A stretch of DNA of 48,029 bases, from NCBI GenBank assembly GCA_031271175.1, contig JAISWE010000006.1, positions 1 through 48,029 on the forward strand, given 5' to 3'. This stretch comes from Bacteroidales bacterium (GTDB lineage Bacteria; Bacteroidota; Bacteroidia; Bacteroidales; UBA4181). The stretch's first letter is position 1; each line of letters starts with the position of its first letter. The translations under genes were made by a program, and so were the position numbers. The notes below the pieces were generated by a model. The model did no database searches. It saw only the letters and a program-made list of their open reading frames with translations, and was not told the origin of the DNA. Shown piece after piece: positions 28,674 to 37,093 of the stretch.

Positions 28674-29759
28674 ATGAGCAATTTATCAAATGAAATGATT
28701 TTTTTATTGTCGGCGGCAGTTTCTTTTCTGGTGACTTTTTATTCCATACCTCCCATCGTGCGGGTTTCACAAAAGAAACGCATCTTCGACGAGCCTTGCC
28801 AGCGGAAAAGCCACACCCGCAAAATCCCCATAGTGGGAGGGGTAGCCATTTTTTTCGGATTCACCGTGTCCGCCGGATCATTCATCAGCTATCAGCATGT
28901 TCCGTCGTTGCAATACATCCTGGTAGCCTGCATCATCATCTTTTTTATCGGCCTGAATGACGACATGGTGTCGATTGCTCCCATGAAAAAGCTATTAGGG
29001 CAAATTGCCGCCGCTCTGGTGGTTGCCATCCCCGGAAAAGTACGATTGACCAGCCTGCACGAATTTATGGGCATCGGCTATATCCCGCCGAGCATCAGCA
29101 TTCTGCTGACGATCTTTGTGATCATTGTTATTATCAACAGTTTAAACCTGATTGACGGTGTGGACGGGCTGGCAGCCTCCATAGGAATGCTCACCACTTC
29201 GTTTTTCGGAGTCTGGTTTTTCCTTTCGGGCAATCCGCAATACAGCCTGCTTTCGGCAGCTATCTTCGGTACGCTGGTCGCCTTTTTCGGATATAACGTC
29301 TTTGGGTCCAAAAACAAAATTTTCATGGGCGACAGCGGCTCCCTGCTGGTGGGTTTCCTGATAGCCGTGCAGGTGATTTTTTTCAATGAAAAAAACATCG
29401 GACTCACCTCCGCGTTTGCCATCAAGTCGGCGCCAGCGGTTTCCTTCGTTGTCCTGATCATCCCCCTGTACGACACCATCCGCGTGTTCATTATCAGAAT
29501 ATTGCGGGGACGATCGCCTTTTCAAGCCGACAAAAACCATATTCACCATCTCCTGCTGAAATTGGGGTATACGCACCTCCAAACCACCTTGCTGATGCTG
29601 TTGACCAACATCTGTTTCATTATTTTGGTGCTATGTATGCAAAACACAGGGCTTATACAAATGATGCTGATAACGATGACGATAGCCACTGTTATTTCTT
29701 CCATTTTGGAACACCGCGTGCGCAAACACAATCATCCGGGCGAGGTGCTCAAAAGGTAA
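28674..29759 (+). CDS. MraY/WecA-family polyprenyl-phosphate GlcNAc-1-phosphate transferase
   Basis: D.P..RKSH...IP.VGG, GLNDD, NSLNLIDGVDGLA, KIFMGDSGS and SPF.ADKNHIHH. Confidence 0.92.
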   Translation: MSNLSNEMIFLLSAAVSFLVTFYSIPPIVRVSQKKRIFDEPCQRKSHTRKIPIVGGVAIFFGFTVSAGSFISYQHVPSLQYILVACIIIFFIGLNDDMVSIAPMKKLLGQIAAALVVAIPGKVRLTSLHEFMGIGYIPPSISILLTIFVIIVIINSLNLIDGVDGLAASIGMLTTSFFGVWFFLSGNPQYSLLSAAIFGTLVAFFGYNVFGSKNKIFMGDSGSLLVGFLIAVQVIFFNEKNIGLTSAFAIKSAPAVSFVVLIIPLYDTIRVFIIRILRGRSPFQADKNHIHHLLLKLGYTHLQTTLLMLLTNICFIILVLCMQNTGLIQMMLITMTIATVISSILEHRVRKHNHPGEVLKR

Positions 29760-29763
29760 TCGC

Positions 29764-30651
29764 ATGGACAGTTCATTTTTCAACGAGGCAAAGCGTGTTT
29801 TCAAAGCATGGGACATGTTGATGCGGATCATTGCCGTAAATGTGGCCGTGTTTGTGCTCTACCATGTGATTCATCTCTTTTTCATCCTCTTTGCGATAGA
29901 GGACAGGTTTACCATCGGCGCATGGCTGGCTGCTCCGGCGGATGTTTCCGAGCTTGTACGCCGTCCGTGGACAGTCGTATCCTACATGTTCTTCCACACC
30001 GAATGGCTGCACATCCTGTTCAATATGTTGTGGCTGTTCTGGTTCGGGCGGATTTTCCGGCGTTATTTCGACAGGAATCTCCTGTTCAATGTATATTTGC
30101 TGGGCGGTTTGGCGGGCGTATTCCTGTATGTCTTTTCCTACAATGTTTTTCCAGTTTTTTCTCTGGCGCGCCACACCTCTGTTCTACTGGGAGCGTCGGC
30201 GGGAGTGCTTGCCGTAGTGACCGGGATAGCCTGCTATGTGCCCAATTACAAAATCAACCTGCTGTTCTTCGGGCCGGTACGGCTGATTTACATTGCTGTT
30301 GCTTCGATAGTACTCGACCTGGTATCCATTTCCATGAACGAAAACATGGGTGGCAACATCGCCCACTTGGGAGGTGCTTTTTTCGGATGGATTTTTGCCG
30401 TGAACATTCGCCGGCGGAAAGATATCACTTCCTGGCTGACAAGGCTTCGGACAACCTGCCGGTCATGGTTCAGGAAAAAACCGAAGCTGAAAGTTCATTA
30501 CCATGAAACGCCTGCCAGTGACTGGGATTACAACAAACAAAAAAAAGAACAGCAAGAAGAGATCGACTATATCTTAGACAAAATTTCCAAAGGAGGCTAC
30601 GAATCCCTGACCCAGCGGGAAAAGGAAATATTGTTTCGTCAAAAAAAATGA
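29764..30651 (+). CDS. Rhomboid intramembrane serine protease with Bacteroidetes C-terminal domain
   Basis: RPWT..SYMFFH, HILFNM, GASAGV (catalytic Ser), AHLGG and IDYILDKISKGGYESLT. Confidence 0.93.
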   Translation: MDSSFFNEAKRVFKAWDMLMRIIAVNVAVFVLYHVIHLFFILFAIEDRFTIGAWLAAPADVSELVRRPWTVVSYMFFHTEWLHILFNMLWLFWFGRIFRRYFDRNLLFNVYLLGGLAGVFLYVFSYNVFPVFSLARHTSVLLGASAGVLAVVTGIACYVPNYKINLLFFGPVRLIYIAVASIVLDLVSISMNENMGGNIAHLGGAFFGWIFAVNIRRRKDITSWLTRLRTTCRSWFRKKPKLKVHYHETPASDWDYNKQKKEQQEEIDYILDKISKGGYESLTQREKEILFRQKK

Positions 30652-30655
30652 TGCC

Positions 30656-31726
30656 ATGCGAAAGTTCCTCCGTATCATCTTCCTTGTTCTCAATCTGGCC
30701 GTGGCCACAGGATTGCTGCTCTCCTATCTTTGCTGCCGGATAGGGCCTGAAAAAGTCTGGTGGCTCGGTTTCTTCGGGTTGGCATATTTTTACCTTCTTG
30801 TATCCAACCTCGCTTTCATCGTCATTTGGGTTTTCGGCAAAAAGAAAAAATACTTGCTGATTTCTCTGCTGGCGGTATTGCCGGGATGGGGCGTCACCGA
30901 ACGCAACATCCGCCTGTGGGGGAAGGAACTGCCGGAAGGCCTGCAAAGCAAAAGCATCGACATGCTGTCGTTTAACGTGCACATGTTCCGGCAAAAAAAC
31001 GGCACCCAGAGAAACGGCGATTCGCTGCACATCGTTGACTTCTTCGCTGACGCGAAGCCGGACATCCTTTGCTTGCAGGAATTTGCAGCAGACCTGCAAA
31101 ATGAAATCGGCCAACGGACAGACATGCCCTATCTCCATACCGAACTGTCGCACAGAATGTACGGCATTGCCACCTACAGCCGGTTTCCGATTGTGGCGAA
31201 AAAAAGAATCTATTCCGACGGATCCATCAATATGTGCATGTACACCGATGTTGCCATAAGGAACGATACCCTTCGGGTGTTCAACATCCACCTGAAATCC
31301 ATCGGATTCAGCATCCGACAGTGGGATTTGCTCGAAAACGCCATCCGCATGGAATACGATACCACCACCATGACAACCGTCCGGGACATCATCCGGAGAA
31401 TGGCGACTACCGCTGTGAACCGTTCCGCGCAAGTGGAAATCATCAGGCAATACATCAGGCGGTCGCCTTATCCGGTAATTATCTGCGGCGATTTCAACGA
31501 CCCGCCGGTTTCCTATTCCTACCGAACAGTACGCGGCAACTGCAAGGATGCTTTTGTAGAAGCCGGATGCGGTATCAGCGCCACCTACAACATCGGGCAA
31601 CTTTCGAGGCAACGCATCGACTATATCCTCCATTCACCCGTTTTCGACGCCTACAGCTACCAATGCCCCCGCGTAAACCTCTCCGACCACTATCCGGTGA
31701 TGTGTAAACTGGTGAAAAAAGAATAA
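30656..31726 (+). CDS. Endonuclease/exonuclease/phosphatase (EEP) family membrane protein
   Basis: Three N-terminal TM helices, SFNV, DILCLQE, NIHLKS, CGDFND, RIDYI and SDHYPV. Confidence 0.92.
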   Translation: MRKFLRIIFLVLNLAVATGLLLSYLCCRIGPEKVWWLGFFGLAYFYLLVSNLAFIVIWVFGKKKKYLLISLLAVLPGWGVTERNIRLWGKELPEGLQSKSIDMLSFNVHMFRQKNGTQRNGDSLHIVDFFADAKPDILCLQEFAADLQNEIGQRTDMPYLHTELSHRMYGIATYSRFPIVAKKRIYSDGSINMCMYTDVAIRNDTLRVFNIHLKSIGFSIRQWDLLENAIRMEYDTTTMTTVRDIIRRMATTAVNRSAQVEIIRQYIRRSPYPVIICGDFNDPPVSYSYRTVRGNCKDAFVEAGCGISATYNIGQLSRQRIDYILHSPVFDAYSYQCPRVNLSDHYPVMCKLVKKE

Positions 31727-31763
31727 CTTTCGGCGCTTATGCCGTGTACGCCATAAAATCCCG

Positions 31764-32654
31764 CTATAAGGTTCCCCGCATAAATACGCCCAGCGGCAAT
31801 CGCCTCCCCGCCCTGTCGCAGACCGACAATTCGCCACATTCGCCCTTGATGGCAGGAAAGTATGCCTCGACGAGATTTTCGGCTACCCGAGGGGAAAAGC
31901 CCATGGAATACAGGTTCAATACGATAAACGACTGTTGCGGAACGAGAAGTTGCCGGCACTGTGCCATCAGTTCGTTGATGCCTTCTTCCAGTATCCATTT
32001 TTCGCCGGCCGGCCCGCGGCCGTATGCAGGCGGATCGAGAATGATGCCGTGGTATCGCCTGCCGCGCCTGACTTCTCGCCCGACGTATTTCAGCGCGTCC
32101 TCAACAACCCACCGGATGCCGGACAGTCGGCTGGCTTCCATGTTTTCGCGCCCCCAGTTGATGACCTGTCGCACGGCATCCACATGGACGACTTCCGCGC
32201 CGGCCGCCCGCGCCGCCAGTGAAGCGCCTCCGGTGTATGCAAAAAGATTCAACGTTTGCGGACAGGCCTCCGAACAACGGCAAACCGTATCGTAGATGTA
32301 ATTCCAGTTGACGGCCTGTTCGGGAAAAATACCCACATGTTTGAATGTCGTTAATCCCAACCGGAAACGCAACTGCATGTTTCCGTACCGGTAATTGATT
32401 TGCCATTGTTGCGCCATGCCGGCACCGAGCTTCCATTCGCCGCGTTCGCCGTCACCGGGAGAGCCGTTTTCTCTGCGAAAGACAGCCGCTGCTTTTCCCC
32501 ATTCTTCCGGCGGAAGGGACTTGGGCCATATCGCTTGCGGTTCAGGCCGCACCAGCAGATATTTACCGAAACGTTCGAGCTTTTCGAATCCGCCCGTATC
32601 CATCAGTTCATAATCCTCCCACTGCGGGGAAAAGAGATTTACAGTGTTTGACAT
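31764..32654 (-). CDS. Class I SAM-dependent methyltransferase (RlmI/RlmK-like)
   Basis: DYEL.D.G..EKLERFG, FKHVGIFPEQ, LNLFAYTGG and ILDPPAYG. Confidence 0.88.
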   Translation of the reverse strand: MSNTVNLFSPQWEDYELMDTGGFEKLERFGKYLLVRPEPQAIWPKSLPPEEWGKAAAVFRRENGSPGDGERGEWKLGAGMAQQWQINYRYGNMQLRFRLGLTTFKHVGIFPEQAVNWNYIYDTVCRCSEACPQTLNLFAYTGGASLAARAAGAEVVHVDAVRQVINWGRENMEASRLSGIRWVVEDALKYVGREVRRGRRYHGIILDPPAYGRGPAGEKWILEEGINELMAQCRQLLVPQQSFIVLNLYSMGFSPRVAENLVEAYFPAIKGECGELSVCDRAGRRLPLGVFMRGTL

Positions 32655-32669
32655 GTCGAAAGCGTTATT

Positions 32670-33023
32670 TTATCCGTTATCCCCGCTGTTCAGATGTTCG
32701 CTCAGTTCATGCACCAGCAGGGAGATACCATCGCACAAACGCTCGGTGCTTCGGACTAAATGTTCCGCATCCGTTTCCGGCATGTTTTTTTCAATTTCCC
32801 TTGCCATTTTTTGCAGGCGGGAAGCGCCGACATATCCCAGCCCTGCCACTAATTGGTGGGCGATTCCGGCGATGCCTTCCCGGTTGTTTGAGGATACCAT
32901 TTGCCGTATTTTTCCGGTATGGCCGACGGCATTCTCAATGAATACGGCAATCAGCCGGTGGCAAAGTTCCGTATCGCCGTTGCAGACCTCTTTGATCTTT
33001 TCCAGATTGTAGCCTTTTTTCAT
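32670..33023 (-). CDS. Stand-alone Hpt (histidine phosphotransfer) domain protein
   Basis: YNL..I.EVCNGD...LI.VF and AHQL.AGLGYVGA..L...A.EIE, a helical bundle with the conserved His. Confidence 0.8.
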   Translation of the reverse strand: MKKGYNLEKIKEVCNGDTELCHRLIAVFIENAVGHTGKIRQMVSSNNREGIAGIAHQLVAGLGYVGASRLQKMAREIEKNMPETDAEHLVRSTERLCDGISLLVHELSEHLNSGDNG

Positions 33024-33032
33024 AAGCGACGT

Positions 33033-34361
33033 TTATTGTTTCGGCATGTTACGCATCATTTTTGCCACTTTTGTCTTATCCGTCATCATGTGCATCATCT
33101 TCCGGGTTTCGTCGAACTGCTTGATGAGGCGATTGACCTCCTGAATCTGCGTTCCGCTTCCCTTTGCGATGCGCATCCGCCGGCTACCGTTGAGTATGGC
33201 GGGAGTGCTTCTTTCCGTCGGCGTCATGGAACGGATGATGGCTTCAATATTTTTGAAAGCGTTGTCGTCGATGTCCAGGTTACGAATGGCTTTCCCCATG
33301 CCGGGAATCATGGAGGCAAGGTCCTTCAGGTTGCCCATTTTTTTGATTTGCTGAATCTGACCGAGAAAATCTTCGAAATCGAATTTGTTTTTGGCGATTT
33401 TTTTTTGCAGCCGGCGGGCTTCTTCTTCGTTGAACTGTTCCTGCGCCTTTTCGACGAGCGAAACGATGTCGCCTTTGCCGAGGATCCGGTCGGCCATGCG
33501 TTCCGGATGGAAGACGTCCAGCGCTTCCATTTTTTCGCCCGAACTGATGAACTTGACCGGCTTGTGCACCACCGACATGATGGAAATGGCGGCTCCGCCG
33601 CGAGTGTCGCCGTCGAGCTTGGTCAGTACCACCCCGTTGAAGTCCAGCCGCTCGTTAAATTCCCTGGCCGTATGGACGGCGTCCTGACCGGTCATGGCAT
33701 CCACTACGAAGAGAATTTCTTCGGGCGCAACGGCTTTCCTGATGGCGGCAATTTCGTTCATCATTTCCTGATCAACCGCCAGCCGGCCTGCCGTATCTAT
33801 AATCACCGTGTTGAAGCCGTGCTGCCGGGCATGACGGACGGCATTTTCGGCTATCTTCACCGGATTCCCCGCTCCTTCCTCCGCATATACGGGCGCAGAT
33901 ACCTGTTCGCCGAGTATTTTCAACTGTTCGACAGCGGCAGGACGATACACGTCGCAAGCGACCAGCAGCACGGAACGCCCCCTTTTGCTTTTCAGGAAGT
34001 GGGCAAGTTTGCCGCTGAAGGTCGTCTTGCCGGAACCCTGCAAACCTGCAATGAGTATGACCGCCGGACTGCCTTTCAGGCTGATGTCCTTCGACTGCCC
34101 CCCCATCAGCAACGCCAGTTCGTCACGGGTTATCTTGATCAGCATTTCACCGGGCTGCACCGATGAAAGCACGCTCATCCCCAAAGCCTTCTCCTTGACG
34201 GAATCCGTAAACTCCTTGGCAATTTTGTAATTCACGTCCGCATCCAACAATGCCTTGCGAACTTCCTTCAGCGTTTCGGCAACATTAATCTCCGTAATCC
34301 GCCCCTGCCCTTTCAGCGTCTTAAACGCGCGCTCCAACTTGTCCGATAAATTTTCAAACAT
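33033..34361 (-). CDS. ffh: Signal recognition particle protein
   Basis: MFENLSDKL, GLQGSGKTT, DTAGR, TKLDGD.RGG and M-domain SRRMRIAKGSG. Confidence 0.98.
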   Translation of the reverse strand: MFENLSDKLERAFKTLKGQGRITEINVAETLKEVRKALLDADVNYKIAKEFTDSVKEKALGMSVLSSVQPGEMLIKITRDELALLMGGQSKDISLKGSPAVILIAGLQGSGKTTFSGKLAHFLKSKRGRSVLLVACDVYRPAAVEQLKILGEQVSAPVYAEEGAGNPVKIAENAVRHARQHGFNTVIIDTAGRLAVDQEMMNEIAAIRKAVAPEEILFVVDAMTGQDAVHTAREFNERLDFNGVVLTKLDGDTRGGAAISIMSVVHKPVKFISSGEKMEALDVFHPERMADRILGKGDIVSLVEKAQEQFNEEEARRLQKKIAKNKFDFEDFLGQIQQIKKMGNLKDLASMIPGMGKAIRNLDIDDNAFKNIEAIIRSMTPTERSTPAILNGSRRMRIAKGSGTQIQEVNRLIKQFDETRKMMHMMTDKTKVAKMMRNMPKQ

Positions 34362-34446
34362 ATTTTTCCGAATTAAACCGGGTACAAAATTATAATTTTG
34401 TCAGGAATTAAAAAAATCCATGTATATTTGCTTCATTTTTCAAGCT

Positions 34447-35157
34447 ATGATAAAGTGTATCGTTATTGATGACGACAGTTTTGTGAGGAAGCTGACAGAG
34501 TTCTTTATCTCCAGGGTAAAGTCGCTGCATCTTCTTCATTCGCTGGATAATGCGGAAAAGGCAGTGGATATCCTACAGTCGCGCGAACAGATAGACCTGA
34601 TTTTCCTCGATATCGAAATGAACGGCATGAACGGCATTGATTTCCTCAACCTGCTGGAGAAGCCCCCCCAAATTATCATCATCTCCTCCAAGGAAAAATA
34701 CGCCATCAAGGCCTTCGAATACAATGTTACCGATTACCTCCTCAAACCCTTTACCTACGTCCGTTTCCTGAAAGCGGTGGATAAGGTCGTAAAAAAACTG
34801 GCCTTGCAGGCAACCGGTACCTATAACCCCAGCGAAGAAATATTCATCAAGCACCATTCCTCCATGGTAAGGCTGAAATACAACGAAATCATGTGGGTAG
34901 AAGCAATGGAAAACTATGTCGTTTTCAACACGTTTACGGAACGGTTTACGATCCACGCCACCATGAAATCCATCGAAAAAAAACTCCCCGCAGAAACATT
35001 TGTCCGCACACACCGTTCGTTTATCGTCAATCTTAATTGCGTCAGCTGCATTGAAGACCACTCCATTGTCATCAAAACCAAAGACGGCGTCAACCATATT
35101 TCCATAGGAAAAATGTACAAGGAGAACCTGATGAAAAACATAACCATATTACCATAA
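34447..35157 (+). CDS. LytTR-family response regulator
   Basis: Receiver domain (IDDD, FLDIEM, DYLLKP) plus LytTR domain FVRTHRSFIVN. Confidence 0.93.
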   Translation: MIKCIVIDDDSFVRKLTEFFISRVKSLHLLHSLDNAEKAVDILQSREQIDLIFLDIEMNGMNGIDFLNLLEKPPQIIIISSKEKYAIKAFEYNVTDYLLKPFTYVRFLKAVDKVVKKLALQATGTYNPSEEIFIKHHSSMVRLKYNEIMWVEAMENYVVFNTFTERFTIHATMKSIEKKLPAETFVRTHRSFIVNLNCVSCIEDHSIVIKTKDGVNHISIGKMYKENLMKNITILP

Positions 35158-35160
35158 GCC

Positions 35161-36102
35161 ATGATACCGGCATTTGACGCGAAAAAACCCGGACATCTCC
35201 TCTGCCTGTGCCTCCTTGCGGGAACGATCTCCGGCTTTTCCAGCCGGGCGACGGCGCAGGAAACGCCCTCGGCAATGCTTCGCAGCGAACGGCAAATTCT
35301 GCAACTGATGAACGAGATAAAAGACCTGAAAGACGACAGCCTCGCCATCCGCAAACACATCGAAGTGGAACAACTGCTGGCCAAAATCCTGATTCTGCCG
35401 GAAGCCTACCTCTATCCCTTCGATTCCCTGACCATGACCGGACGGCTCTATGCTCCCGATCGGACTTTCAGGCTGATCAACTGGAATCACGCCTTTCAGG
35501 ACGGAACACAGCGCCATTTCGGACTGATTGCCGTACCCACGGGAGGCGAACTGAACACGGTCATCTGGCTGACCGACCGCTCGGACTCCATCCAGCAGCC
35601 CGAACAGCAAATCCTTTCCGCCGACGACTGGTACGGGGCGCTCTACTACAGAATCATCGGCGCACGCACCGCCGACGACGGCAAACTGTATTATACCCTG
35701 CTGGGAGTAGATATGAACCGGTGGGAAACAAAAAAGAAAATCATCGAAGTCCTTTCTTTCGGCAAAAACGGAACCACCGTACAGTTCGGCGCACCCCTCA
35801 TCGAATTTAACGGATGGACGAAAAAACGCCTGGTTTTCGAATTTTCCTCGCAGCAAACCATGTATCTGGAATACAACAAAAGAAAAAAACGGATCGAAAT
35901 GGACCACCTTGCACCTCCCATGCCCTACATGCTGGGACAGTACGAATACTACGGCCCCGACGGACGGACAGACGGCCTGAAATTCGTCCGCAGGCATTGG
36001 AAACACCGCAAAAACATATCCATCCGCAAAATCAGGAAAAAACCCGTACCGCCGGAATTTCAACTGGGCAAACCCATGACACGCAGCGGAGAAGAAGAAT
36101 AA
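35161..36102 (+). CDS. Secreted/periplasmic hypothetical protein
   Basis: Signal peptide ending ATA-Q. Fills the gap between the response regulator and nadK. WYGALYY, FGAP and YGPDG motifs look conserved. Confidence 0.75.
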   Translation: MIPAFDAKKPGHLLCLCLLAGTISGFSSRATAQETPSAMLRSERQILQLMNEIKDLKDDSLAIRKHIEVEQLLAKILILPEAYLYPFDSLTMTGRLYAPDRTFRLINWNHAFQDGTQRHFGLIAVPTGGELNTVIWLTDRSDSIQQPEQQILSADDWYGALYYRIIGARTADDGKLYYTLLGVDMNRWETKKKIIEVLSFGKNGTTVQFGAPLIEFNGWTKKRLVFEFSSQQTMYLEYNKRKKRIEMDHLAPPMPYMLGQYEYYGPDGRTDGLKFVRRHWKHRKNISIRKIRKKPVPPEFQLGKPMTRSGEEE

Positions 36103-36121
36103 ATCCCAAAACCACCATCCC

Positions 36122-36979
36122 ATGCACGCAGCCATTTTCGGAAAAGTCATCAACGAACGGAATGCGGCGCTGATTTGCCGCATGATCCGCATACTGAAAG
36201 CAGACAACGTCTTTCTCCACCACTCTCTTTTCGCACGCCTCAGCCACATGCCGGAAATCGGGCAGGCAGCAGGCACCTTCTCCTCCTGCCACGACCTGCC
36301 CGACAGCATCGCCTGCTTTTTCAGCGTAGGCGGCGACGGCACTTTTCTGGAATCAGTCCGCTTTGTCGGCAACAGCGGAATACCCATTGCCGGCGTCAAC
36401 AGCGGCCGGCTCGGATTTCTGGCAACCATCGCCGAAGAACAGCTGCAGGATGCCATCGAACGCCTGGCAAACGGCAACATGCCGGTAGAAGAACGCAGCC
36501 TGCTCGCCGTGAGCGGCAACACCCCGGCCGGCAACTTCCCCTGCGCCCTGAACGACGTGGTAGTACAGAAAAAAGCCGGTCTGATCACCGTTCACGTATG
36601 GTGCAACGACGAATTTCTCAACTCCTACTGGGCAGACGGACTCATCATCGCCACACCCACAGGATCCTCCGCCTATTCAATGAGCGTGGGAGGCCCCATC
36701 GTAGCGCCCGCATCCAAAAACTTCATCATCTCCCCCATCGCCCCGCACAACCTGACGGTACGCCCGCTGGTCATCCCAGACAACGCACGCCTGAAACTGA
36801 AAATCGACGGCAGAACGAACGCATACACCCTCTCCGTCGATTCACGCTCGTACGACTGCCCCATCCAAACAGAAATAACCGTCGAACGCGCCGGATTCAC
36901 CGTAAAAACCGTCAACCCTCTCCCCTTTTACACCACCCTGCGCAACAAACTGATGTGGGGAGAAGACAAAAGAAACTGA
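36122..36979 (+). CDS. nadK: NAD kinase
   Basis: GGDGTFL, GRLGFLA, ALND, ADGLIIATPTGSSAYSMSVGGP and LRNKLMWG. Confidence 0.96.
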   Translation: MHAAIFGKVINERNAALICRMIRILKADNVFLHHSLFARLSHMPEIGQAAGTFSSCHDLPDSIACFFSVGGDGTFLESVRFVGNSGIPIAGVNSGRLGFLATIAEEQLQDAIERLANGNMPVEERSLLAVSGNTPAGNFPCALNDVVVQKKAGLITVHVWCNDEFLNSYWADGLIIATPTGSSAYSMSVGGPIVAPASKNFIISPIAPHNLTVRPLVIPDNARLKLKIDGRTNAYTLSVDSRSYDCPIQTEITVERAGFTVKTVNPLPFYTTLRNKLMWGEDKRN

Positions 36980-37093
36980 GGTAATCCGTTATTCCTTTCC
37001 GGGAAGACAATCTTCGCGCGGTTGGATTCAATATTTCCTTCGGGGGCGACAATCCCGGAAATAAATTGTATTTTTGTGCAAAATATTTTGACA

